From Planctomycetota bacterium (GTDB lineage: Bacteria > Planctomycetota > UBA1135 > UBA2386), in NCBI GenBank assembly GCA_965228735.1, contig OZ245838.1:4768001-4832000 (forward strand): a DNA stretch of 64,000 nucleotides, in the 5' to 3' direction. Both the position numbers and the translations under genes were made by a program. Position 1 is the first letter of the stretch. The number at the start of each line of letters is the position of its first letter. The notes under the pieces were generated by a model that did not search any database, had not been told where the DNA came from, and worked only from the letters and a program-made list of their open reading frames with translations. Below are positions 37,172 through 46,779 of the stretch, piece after piece.

Positions 37172-37320
37172 TTGCTCAGCCAGGGTGTGCAGTGTTTGGC
37201 GGGGGCGTACAAGTTCGCCGTCGTAGCCACCTCGGGGACGAGGGGCGACCTGAACGTTCTTGCGAACGAAGTAGCCGGAAAGTTCCAGGAACTCGGCGGT
37301 GAGGGCTTCGAGATGGTTCA

Positions 37321-38604
37321 TCAGAGAGCTGACACAGTGTCAATATCTGGGCGGGCATCCTTGGGCTTCGGGCATCCGTAGCATGCGCTCAGTAGGTCGA
37401 GTTCTGCTCCTCCACTCTGAAGCTGGGCGGCGATCCTTCTGATCTTCTTGATGGACGTCCTGCCCCAGTGGGCCTCGAAGCTGCTCCTGAAGACTGGGTC
37501 GCGGATGTAGGCCCCAGCGAGTGCCTCGTTCTTGCTTGAGGCTTTCACTTCTCGGTGACGGAGCAAGTCGATTTCCCAAGCTAGCGCGGCGTGAAGCGCC
37601 TGAAGGTTCAGCTCGATCGCCACGGTCTTTCCTGGGATCTCTCGGTCGAGGATCTGCAGAAGCCTGCCGTGAACCCTGATCCCCGAGCCTGCGCCTTCGA
37701 GCGCCTTCCGAAGCGCCGGCAGGCCCGCCTTGCCCGTCCACTGCCTCTCAACTCGAACGACTTCGCCCGGAGCCGGCGCATCGACGAGAGCGTCGAAGTC
37801 CTCGACCGACTTGCCGGCCTCCGCCATCTGCCTGCCCTTGTCGTAGACGCGGAGCTGGTGTGGTCTCTGGCTCTTGCTGGCTGGGGCCCACCAGAGTCCG
37901 TTCTTCATTCGCTGGGGGAATGGTGGCTTGTTCACGCGAGGCCAGCGCGTGAACGCGTGAGCGTCTGCGTAGTCTGCGGCGTTTCCTGCGAAGTCGCGAG
38001 CCGCGTCGAGTCGGATGATCGCCCATCGCTTGTCGTGAATGTCTGCCATCGCCGTTGTCCACGGGAGCAGGGCCTGGGTCAGGGTCTCGAAGACGTGCTG
38101 CACGTCGGACTGCGTGAGTTCGTGCAGTCGGTAGTTGGGAACACCAAGAACGCGAGAGACCGAAACCTCGATCGCGCACTTGCCACCTCCGTCAGGCGTA
38201 GACGACCAGAGCTGCACGCGGCAGTCGTCCGAGGGTCGCTGCCAAAGCTCGCTGCCGTGATCCGGCTCTACCAAGGACCCGTCAGGGAGCTTCTTCGCGA
38301 AGTGCCTGTTCTTGACGAGCGCGAACCCGAGCTTCTGCAGGATAGCCCGATCTTTCGCGACAGGTGTCTGCAACAGCGAGAGGCGCACCGTGTCGATGCA
38401 GTTCTCATTCGCGGGAAGCGCGAGGTTGCGAGTGTCGGCAAGGGCCGTCAGCTCTCTTTGATTCGCGATGCCTGTTTGCCGCAGTTGGGCGATGGCCTTC
38501 CAGAGCTTCGCGTTCTTGTGCTTAAGGGCGTGCTTCCCAGATGCGGGCACATGTGGGTTCGCGACCGGGATAGGGGTGCCACTACGGACTGAGTGATGCA
38601 CCAT
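37321..38604 (-). CDS. putative rolling-circle replication initiator / relaxase (Rep_trans, phage gpII/X-like)
   Basis: IDTVRL, IEVS, IIRLDAARDF, LRVYDK, VRVE occur in the canonical order for this superfamily. Confidence 0.7.
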   Translation of the reverse strand: MVHHSVRSGTPIPVANPHVPASGKHALKHKNAKLWKAIAQLRQTGIANQRELTALADTRNLALPANENCIDTVRLSLLQTPVAKDRAILQKLGFALVKNRHFAKKLPDGSLVEPDHGSELWQRPSDDCRVQLWSSTPDGGGKCAIEVSVSRVLGVPNYRLHELTQSDVQHVFETLTQALLPWTTAMADIHDKRWAIIRLDAARDFAGNAADYADAHAFTRWPRVNKPPFPQRMKNGLWWAPASKSQRPHQLRVYDKGRQMAEAGKSVEDFDALVDAPAPGEVVRVERQWTGKAGLPALRKALEGAGSGIRVHGRLLQILDREIPGKTVAIELNLQALHAALAWEIDLLRHREVKASSKNEALAGAYIRDPVFRSSFEAHWGRTSIKKIRRIAAQLQSGGAELDLLSACYGCPKPKDARPDIDTVSAL

Positions 38605-39014
38605 GGCTGCTCTGCTTCTGGTTGTGAATGGGGTCTCCGCTGGACGTTGACCCTACCTGGAGCGCTCGGCTCCGAGTCGGCTTGCCCTGCTAGGGCCTGA
38701 GCGTTGCTCTCCCTGCTGCCCGTTCGCGGTGCGAAGGGTGCGTCCGGTCCGTGTGTCGAGCTGGTTTGTGCCCGGAGTCCGGCTTCGTTTTGGCAGAACT
38801 TCGGCGCGAGGTTCTTTGCGAACTGCGCGTCGCGGCGGCGCGAACTCGTCGCTAGAGCATCGGCGGATTACGAATCGACGGTTCGGACAATGGGTCGACG
38901 CCGAAGGGGTGGCGGCGTAGCTCGGCGTCAAGCTGTCGTTTGGGCTGTCGAGCTTCTTCTGTCGGAGGTCTAGGTCACGACGGCCGGCAGACTTAGGCGC
39001 TAAGCCAGTCCGGG

Positions 39015-39034
39015 TTCGAGTCCTGCAGGGCCTA
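39015..39034 (+). repeat. att core, copy 2
   Basis: TTCGAGTCCTGCAGGGCCTA, identical to 16800 and 41828. Confidence 0.92.
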
Positions 39035-39043
39035 TCACCCACA

Positions 39044-39080
39044 CCCCTCGAATGTGGCCGTTAACGGCCGATTCGCGGGG
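39044..39080. terminator. hairpin just downstream of the att core (possible tRNA terminator supplied by the element)
   Basis: CCCCTCGAAT/ATTCGCGGGG stem around the perfect palindrome GGCCGTTAACGGCC; no clear U-tract. Confidence 0.4.
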
Positions 39081-39361
39081 GTTCGGGGTCTGGGCGAGGG
39101 GCAGTGTGCAACAGAGTGTGCAACGGTCTTGTTCACACCCTGGCACGTTGTGGCACGATCTGGCACGGGGTGGCGTTGGCGCTGCAGGGTGTGTCCTGCA
39201 GCGGGATGCGTTCCGGCGGGTGTGGCTGCTCGCGGGCGTGGGCCCGACGTTGGCCCGTGTCGGCACCTTCGGCGGCAGGGGCCCCCGGGTGAGGGGCGCG
39301 TCGCAGTGTGGGGCACTGAGCGGCCTACTTGGCCGCGCTTGAGTTCGCCGGTCGGTATTGC

Positions 39362-40093
39362 CTATTTCTCGGGGCTCGACTCAGCGGCCTGGGCCTTCTT
39401 TTTTTTCGCCTCAGCTTCACGCGCTCTGCGCGCTCGATCCAGGTGACGCTTCTTCTCCGCATCGAACCGGGGACTATACGGGCCGGCCGGGAGTGTAGCG
39501 CAGGCGTTGAGGTTGGCTTGCATGGCCATTGGCACATAGTCCGTGGCGGCTGCGGTCACAGCCGCATTGATCGCGGCAGCGATCAGGCCGCCCAGTCCGC
39601 CACCGCCGCCGCCTGAGTTGGACTGGAGCACTTCTTGGTGGCTGGTTTCCCAGAGCACTGCGCCAGTGCGCGTGGAGACAAGTTTGTAGTGCATCGACAC
39701 GGTGACTTGCGAGACGAGCACCGCGTAGGTTGTGTCCCAGGAGAGCAGTGTGATGAAGAGCACTGCGTCTGCGCCCAAATACTCTTCGAAGCGAGCGGGA
39801 GATACGCCGTCGAGGGCCCCGCCATCGGCAAGTCCCTCGGCAGCAAGGATGTCCGCAGTCGCCTCGACCGGGAGCACGTAGTAGCCCCGGTCCACCAACG
39901 GCTTGGTGATTGTCGACAAGAAGAAGCGCGGCGCCTCTGCATCGGCGGTTTGGTTGCGGACTGGTGGAACGACGACCGTGAAGGGCCGCTCGGCGTAGAA
40001 CTTCTCGTAGTCGGGGACCGGAGGCGCGCTTTGGCAGGCTATGGGCAAGACGCACGCGAGGAGGAGTCCGTAGCGAATGAACTCCCGCATCAC
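39362..40093 (-). CDS. DUF799 (GNA1162-like) lipoprotein
   Basis: Lipobox PIAC; VVPPVRNQT...PL.DRGYYVLPV...GADAVLFI..W...Y.VL...LVS.RTG.VLW...LPAGPYSP. Confidence 0.85.
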   Translation of the reverse strand: MMREFIRYGLLLACVLPIACQSAPPVPDYEKFYAERPFTVVVPPVRNQTADAEAPRFFLSTITKPLVDRGYYVLPVEATADILAAEGLADGGALDGVSPARFEEYLGADAVLFITLLSWDTTYAVLVSQVTVSMHYKLVSTRTGAVLWETSHQEVLQSNSGGGGGGLGGLIAAAINAAVTAAATDYVPMAMQANLNACATLPAGPYSPRFDAEKKRHLDRARRAREAEAKKKKAQAAESSPEK

Positions 40094-40375
40094 TGCCCTC
40101 CCGGTTCGTCCATGGACTCAACAGTGGCGACCTGTGGGAGAAAGCGTTCCAGGAGCGCTACGAACTTCGCGGATTCTGGGTAGTCGGTTCGCTCTTTCTC
40201 GAGGGCGGCCTGCGCAATGTCCGGCTTCCCGACCTTGTAAGAGTAGTATGCATATTCCGCGGAGATTCCGGCAGGCGGCTTCTTCCCTGACTGCTCCGCC
40301 TTGAGGCACAGGTCTTCGAGCAGCTTGTGATGCGCCTTGATGGCTTGTGGCGACTCGGATCGCAGTGCTGAATAG
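40090..40375 (-). pseudogene. DUF4810 lipoprotein, 5'-truncated by IS3
   Basis: KKPPAGISAEYAY...G..D.A...LEKE...YPES..FV; N-terminus and signal peptide absent on either side of the IS. Confidence 0.8.
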
Positions 40376-40425
40376 TGAACCGCCCCGGGTTTCTCGGAGG
40401 CTCCCAGACGTGAGAGGATGTAGCG

Positions 40426-41651
<1,226 letters not shown>

Positions 41652-41827
41652 CCGAGCCTCCGGAGAACCCGGGGCGGTTCACAATGCACTCGTTCACACC
41701 GCGACACAATCTGACACACCGTGGCACGGCCGCACCCCGGCGCGATCGCCGCATCGCCCGTCACGTGGCGCAGATAGGCGCAACCTGGCACTGTCTGTCA
41801 CAACCTGGCACGACCCCGCGCTCCGTC

Positions 41828-41847
41828 TTCGAGTCCTGCAGGGCCTA
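41828..41847 (+). repeat. att core, copy 3 (probable outermost attR)
   Basis: TTCGAGTCCTGCAGGGCCTA; the preceding ~145 bp are homologous to 16654-16799. Confidence 0.92.
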
Positions 41848-41968
41848 CTCACTCAAACCCGTCGACGAACGGTTTCGGAGAGTCCGAGCGGACCCCCGAG
41901 TGTGCGAGGCGCGCGGTTTCGCGGTTTGTCGGTCAGGTCCCCTGCCGCCGGGACACCGTCACCATGCC

Positions 41969-43729
41969 ATGACCAAGCCCTCCCGTCGGTTTGCGCTGTC
42001 CCTCCTGACCGTTGGCCTCAGTGCCGCCGCCGCGTCCGCGCAGTGCGGCATCGTTGCCGACCTCACCCCCGGCAACGCCAACAACAACAACATCGGCTCG
42101 ATCGTCGCCGCGTTCGACGAGCAGATCTACTTCTCGTACTACCATGCCACTTACGGAAGTGAGCTGTGGCGCTGGGATCACGTCAACGGGGCGCAGATGG
42201 TCGTCGACTACGCGCCGGGGACGTACAACCACTCTCCTGAGCAGATCACGCCCTGCTGCACGGCGGCCGGGCCGAGGGTGTTCTACAGCGGATTCGAGAT
42301 CGGTCACGGTCACGAACTGTTCGTGACCGACGGAACGGCCGCCGGCACGGCGCGCGTGAAGGAGATCCGCTCGGGTTCGTCGAGCGCGCTTCCGAGCAAC
42401 ATGATCGCGGTCGGGCAGCGCTTGTTCTTCAGCGCCAGCGATGGAGTTCATGGTCGGGAGCCGTGGATCTCGGACGGCACTGCGGCCGGCACGATGTTGC
42501 TGGCCAACATCAGGACCGGGGGAAGCAGCAATCCGCAATACCCGTTCATCTTCGGCGACAAGGTGTTGTTCGTGGCTCAGGCGACCACCACCGGCCGCGA
42601 GCTCTACATCACCGACGGCACGCCGGCCGGCACGCAGTTGCTGAAAGACATCAACCCCGGGGCCGGGAGCTCGAGTCCGGTGCAGTTCACCCGGATGGGC
42701 AACCACGTCTACTTCGTCGCGGACGACGGCTCGATCGGCTCGGAGATCTGGAAGACGGATGGCACCCCGGCCGGAACCGTGCCGATGGGCGACCTGTTCC
42801 CGGGGAGCTCGCACGGTCCGTATGGCCTCTGTGCCTGCGACGACAAGCTGTTCTTCTTCGAGTGGCACGGTTCCAACTCCGGCCCGGTCTTCGTCAGCGA
42901 CGGCACGTTGGCTGGCACCGTCGACCTCAGTGCGGCCACCGGCGTGTTCGGCCGGAGTCTCACGCCCGCGAACGGGCGCGTGTTCTTCGCCGGCGATGAT
43001 CTGATCCATGGTCAGGAGCCGTGGGTCACCGATGGCACAGTTGCGGGCACGCAGCTCATCGCCGACCTGCGGGCCGGTTCTTCCAACCCATCGCAGTTGG
43101 TGCCCACGGGCAACGGCATCTGCTTCGTCGCGCGGACGACCTTGTCGGGTGAGATCTGGCACAGCGACGGCACCCTGGCGGGGACCAACCTGCTCTGCAA
43201 CCTGGATCCGTCGGGCAACGCCAACCCCATGTTCTTGACGATGTGCCGCGGGCAGGTGTTCATGAACGCGTACAGCACCGGCTACGGCCGCGAACTGCAC
43301 GCCATCACGACCCCGGGCGCCACGGTCGTCGAGTTGCCCGGCGCGTCGGGCCCGGGTCAGCCGAGATTGCGGACCCGCAACTGCGGTGCGCCCGTTCTCG
43401 GCTCCACGGTCGACCTCGAAGCCATCGGGCCGGCGGGCAGCCTGACGTTCTTGCTTGCCGACATCGCCGGTCTGCCGGCGCCGATCGCGCCGATCCCCGG
43501 GGTCGTCGAGGGCGGTTACGACTACGTCGGCCTGCAGGCCGGGACGGCGATTCCGATCTCGTCGGCGCTCGGCGCGACGCTGACATTGCCGTTCGCGCTG
43601 CCGAGTTCGACGACGTTCGAGGGCGTGATCTTCGACTTCCAGGCGATCTGGTTCGACCCGGCGGCAACCCCGGCGCTGCAGGCGTCCAACGGTCTGCGGC
43701 TCGTCCTCGGGCCGGCGTCGGCGCACTGA
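41969..43729 (+). CDS. secreted ELWxxDGT-repeat beta-propeller protein
   Basis: Multiple G.E(L/P)(W/F/Y)..DGT.AGT repeats; signal peptide MTKPSRRFALSLL...ASAQ; shared C-terminal domain. Confidence 0.92.
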   Translation: MTKPSRRFALSLLTVGLSAAAASAQCGIVADLTPGNANNNNIGSIVAAFDEQIYFSYYHATYGSELWRWDHVNGAQMVVDYAPGTYNHSPEQITPCCTAAGPRVFYSGFEIGHGHELFVTDGTAAGTARVKEIRSGSSSALPSNMIAVGQRLFFSASDGVHGREPWISDGTAAGTMLLANIRTGGSSNPQYPFIFGDKVLFVAQATTTGRELYITDGTPAGTQLLKDINPGAGSSSPVQFTRMGNHVYFVADDGSIGSEIWKTDGTPAGTVPMGDLFPGSSHGPYGLCACDDKLFFFEWHGSNSGPVFVSDGTLAGTVDLSAATGVFGRSLTPANGRVFFAGDDLIHGQEPWVTDGTVAGTQLIADLRAGSSNPSQLVPTGNGICFVARTTLSGEIWHSDGTLAGTNLLCNLDPSGNANPMFLTMCRGQVFMNAYSTGYGRELHAITTPGATVVELPGASGPGQPRLRTRNCGAPVLGSTVDLEAIGPAGSLTFLLADIAGLPAPIAPIPGVVEGGYDYVGLQAGTAIPISSALGATLTLPFALPSSTTFEGVIFDFQAIWFDPAATPALQASNGLRLVLGPASAH

Positions 43730-43829
43730 GTTCGGCTTTCGATCTCGGCACCGAACTCCCCGCTTCCCTCAACTGGGCGACGATCGGAGAGGCAGACCCA
43801 GGACGAGTTCGCAGAGAGCCGTGAACTCG

Positions 43830-45242
43830 TTACTTCTGCGTCTCGAAGGACCACTCGAGCCGAATGCGGTTCGTCTCACCTTCGGCTTTGCACTCGAACA
43901 CAGCCGTGAACCAGGTCGAGGTCGCGAGCATCTTGTCGGCGACGAAGAAGGCGCTGCGACCGTTGCTGGGCGCGAGCGTGCTGTGGATGGGTTTCTCGTG
44001 CGTGAACAATCGTCCAGCCACGGGCTCTCGGCCTCGCCGCTCCTCTTCGAACAACTGCATCGTGATGTCCGACAGCTTCAGGTCGCCGTAGTGAACCGAG
44101 ACGGCCAGCCCACGTTGGGTGTCGTAGAAGGTGGGGTCATCTTCGACTTCGGGCGCCTCGCGGCCGGTGAATGTCGCGGTGCCGCGAGACCCCGGCGCGG
44201 GAAAGACCACCGGATGCCCGTCGGCGGGAACGGTGAGGGGCTGACTCCAGATCACGGTGTAGCCCGGTGTCCCACCGGCTCCAGGGCGGGAGCCTGGCTT
44301 GATCCCGATACCGAACGGCCCGGATGGCCCGAGGTGCCCGTCTCGGTGCAGCATCGTGAACAGGAGCGACGTGACTGCACCGGTTGGATCGGCCGCGAAG
44401 TAGATCCCGCCGTTCCGCCCGGCCTCGGCCCCCTCCTGCGAGTAGGCCGCGAGTCCGGGGTCCTGGTTGTGCGTCTTCTTGACCGACGTGCGATACGAGT
44501 ACTCGTTCGCGAACAGATACTCAGCGTGCAGCTCGCACGCCCGGCATCTCGCTTCGTCGAGGACGAGAGGCGGCAGGGCGCCGAGTTGACGGCTGTAGGC
44601 GAGGAGGATCGCGGCTTTGCGCTGCTGGTCCGTGCTCCACTCCGGCCAGGGTTGCTCCTCGACCGTGAGCTTGGGTGTGCGGCCCGTGACGTCGACGTCG
44701 TACGCGCCGAAACCGTCCTCGAGGAGCAGGCGGCGGTCGTCGTCGACAGCTCGAAACGCGGAAGCGTGATGGCTCATGTAGTCGTTGGCGCCGAGAAAAC
44801 TGCCATCGAGGTCGGCATCGAAGAACTCGAACACCGTGCCCTTGATCTTGCCGCGCAGCAGCGCGGCCGAGCTGGCGTGCCACACATCGGACTTCGTGTA
44901 GAACAAGATCGGGAGCTGCTGGTCTGCGATCGTCAGTTCGAGAACCTTGGACTTGTTCGGCGACAGTCTCGTCGGCCCTCGCCGGTCGGCGACCTTGACG
45001 CTCAGCCGGCCGCGGTCATCGACTGTGCAGCGATCGGCGAGCAGCTCATGCAGCCGCGTGCTTGCTGCCGTCGCGCGGAACCCGATCGGAGGGGGCAACA
45101 CGGTCGTCTCGGCCGCAAGTGGAACGAGCTGCGGGTCCTCGAGCTCGGCGGGGCGCAGATTGCTCCGAGCCTGGGCAGTCGCCATAGCGGCAAGTAGGGG
45201 TAGCGCGACCAGTTCGACGAGAGCGTGCTGGGGTTTGAGCAT
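43830..45242 (-). CDS. secreted protein with CAP/SCP-like domain
   Basis: Signal peptide; R...ALPPLVLD...ACELHAEYL...HNQDPG...YSQEG...HR..L.P. Confidence 0.7.
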   Translation of the reverse strand: MLKPQHALVELVALPLLAAMATAQARSNLRPAELEDPQLVPLAAETTVLPPPIGFRATAASTRLHELLADRCTVDDRGRLSVKVADRRGPTRLSPNKSKVLELTIADQQLPILFYTKSDVWHASSAALLRGKIKGTVFEFFDADLDGSFLGANDYMSHHASAFRAVDDDRRLLLEDGFGAYDVDVTGRTPKLTVEEQPWPEWSTDQQRKAAILLAYSRQLGALPPLVLDEARCRACELHAEYLFANEYSYRTSVKKTHNQDPGLAAYSQEGAEAGRNGGIYFAADPTGAVTSLLFTMLHRDGHLGPSGPFGIGIKPGSRPGAGGTPGYTVIWSQPLTVPADGHPVVFPAPGSRGTATFTGREAPEVEDDPTFYDTQRGLAVSVHYGDLKLSDITMQLFEEERRGREPVAGRLFTHEKPIHSTLAPSNGRSAFFVADKMLATSTWFTAVFECKAEGETNRIRLEWSFETQK

Positions 45243-45320
45243 TCGGATACGCCTTGATTGCCCTTCTTCGCCGTGCCGCAGAGCGGGCCGATATCTCTTG
45301 GGTGCAGAGGCAGGCTTGCC

Positions 45321-46286
45321 CTACCGCCGTTTGACCCGCATGTGGTCGAACCACACGCCTTCGAACTCGTCGACCGTCAGGCCATAGACCTTCTTGATGA
45401 GGCGCTGGCTCGGGTCGGCGCCGCGCGCGTACCCGTGGCCCTCGGTTCGCGCCGCCGCGAGGAACTTCTCGAACTTGCCGGCCACCGGCGCCTTCTTGGT
45501 GTTGATCATGAAGTCGACGAGGTCGCCGGCGTGGTCGTAGTTGCGGTGCCCGTTGCCCTCCGGGTCACCGAGCAGACTGGGCAGCGCAAAGAACTTCTCG
45601 AGCGGATAGTAGTCCCCGCGCTTCACGTCGCTGCGGCAGCTGCCGAGGCGCTGGTTCGTCATCTTCTTCTCGAAGTAGACCGCCATCCCTTCCTGGAACC
45701 ACGATCCCACGCCGTTCACTTTCAGGCACGCCCCGACGATCTCGTGGGCCGCTTCGTGATAGACGACCGGGGCGCGTGGCGACGAGTAGTACGTCGCGTA
45801 GAACGTCGACATCGCGTGGCCGGCGGTGGCGCGGGCTCCTGCTTCGGTGTAGCCCGTGACGCCGACGCAGTAGCGGTAGTACTCTTCCTTGTTGTCGAAG
45901 ATGTAAGCGACGAGCAGATGCTTCGGGTCCTCGAACGGCAGTTCCTTTTGCATCGTCTCGTAGAGGTCTTCGAGCGTGACCGCGTACTTCTTGCAGCTGG
46001 CCGAAGGACCGTTCGTGAACACGATGTAGTGGTCACTGACCACGGCCTGCCAGTCGTCCAGCCACTTGTTCCGCCGGAGCTCGTTGTCGTCGCACTTCTT
46101 GTCCCAGCAGTGCGGCAGAATCGTGGACTTGACGGTCGCGAGAGCTTTCTCGACGGCCTCGTCCGAAGGCTTCGGTTCGAGCACAGGGTGTCGAATACCG
46201 CGTGCCGGACCCTGGGCATTTCCCCGGGTTTGTGCGGCGAGTAGCGCGACGGCAACGAGAGCCACGAGCGTCTTCCGGTTCCACAT
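45321..46286 (-). CDS. secreted zinc metallopeptidase (DUF1570 / clan MA-like)
   Basis: YHEAAHE and WFQEGMAVYFE; signal peptide from MWNRKTLVAL. Confidence 0.8.
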   Translation of the reverse strand: MWNRKTLVALVAVALLAAQTRGNAQGPARGIRHPVLEPKPSDEAVEKALATVKSTILPHCWDKKCDDNELRRNKWLDDWQAVVSDHYIVFTNGPSASCKKYAVTLEDLYETMQKELPFEDPKHLLVAYIFDNKEEYYRYCVGVTGYTEAGARATAGHAMSTFYATYYSSPRAPVVYHEAAHEIVGACLKVNGVGSWFQEGMAVYFEKKMTNQRLGSCRSDVKRGDYYPLEKFFALPSLLGDPEGNGHRNYDHAGDLVDFMINTKKAPVAGKFEKFLAAARTEGHGYARGADPSQRLIKKVYGLTVDEFEGVWFDHMRVKRR

Positions 46287-46779
46287 CTCGGCATGATGCA
46301 GGACAGCGGAGTGCGAGTGTCCGAGGGGTGCGTTACCGGAGGTAACGACTTCGTCGCGCGGAGCAGTGGGGTCGCGCAACGTCAATTCAGGCGAGCGGTT
46401 GAGTGGCCGTCGGTCGAGGGTACCTGCGATGCGCGCAGGGGGTAGCCGTGACGACTGCGAACGTCCGGATTCGCGCCGGGGATGGAGCGTCACCGGGGTA
46501 ACTTGCGACTACGAGTCCGCAATAGCGGCGCTCCACGCTCCCGCCGCAGCTTCGCACTGGGCATGCACGAGATGACGATGGCCGGCCAGGTCGTTCCTCC
46601 GACCGGGGGGAGATCGCCGTTCGGCGACGGCGCATCGTTAGGGCGGACGGCAGATTGCAGTCGCTGAGCACGCCTACCTCGTCACGCTCCACGGGCAGTT
46701 TGGCGGCTCGGATCAACCATGGTCCGGATCGATCCGTGCCCGGCCCCGCTCGCGCACAGCGCGCGAGGCAGGGTTGGCG

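Larger units (their letters stand above)
33594..37211 (+). mobile_element. four-gene transposon with two DDE transposase genes (IS481-related)
   Basis: Imperfect terminal repeats TGT-CGCCCACGCCGAAACCCCTGCACACC / TGTACGCCCCCGCC-AAACACTGCACACC; four tightly coupled ORFs; no clear TSD. Confidence 0.82.
33307..37321 (-). pseudogene. PD-(D/E)xK-like nuclease gene split by the four-gene transposon
   Basis: N-half 37321-37212 (MNHLEALTAEFLELSGYFVRKNVQVAPRPRGGYDGEL) joins 33598-33307 (DIAG...) in frame; ATG overlaps the Rep stop (TGATG). Confidence 0.6.
16820..39034. mobile_element. integrative element B (22.2 kb) with Int/Xis, Rep and defence-like cargo
   Basis: Flanked by identical 20-bp direct repeats; integrase at the left end; GCTGTC repeat pairs near both ends. 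Confidence 0.88.

Noticed and set aside
16820..39034. Element B as a prophage or conjugative ICE
   Set aside because: No recognisable structural, packaging, lysis, VirB4 or coupling-protein genes.
38960..39037. Possible complete tRNA ending at att copy 2 (GGGTTCGAGTCC present)
   Set aside because: No matching 5' acceptor strand, D-arm or anticodon arm, and the T-stem is imperfect; only the 3' fragment is tRNA-like.
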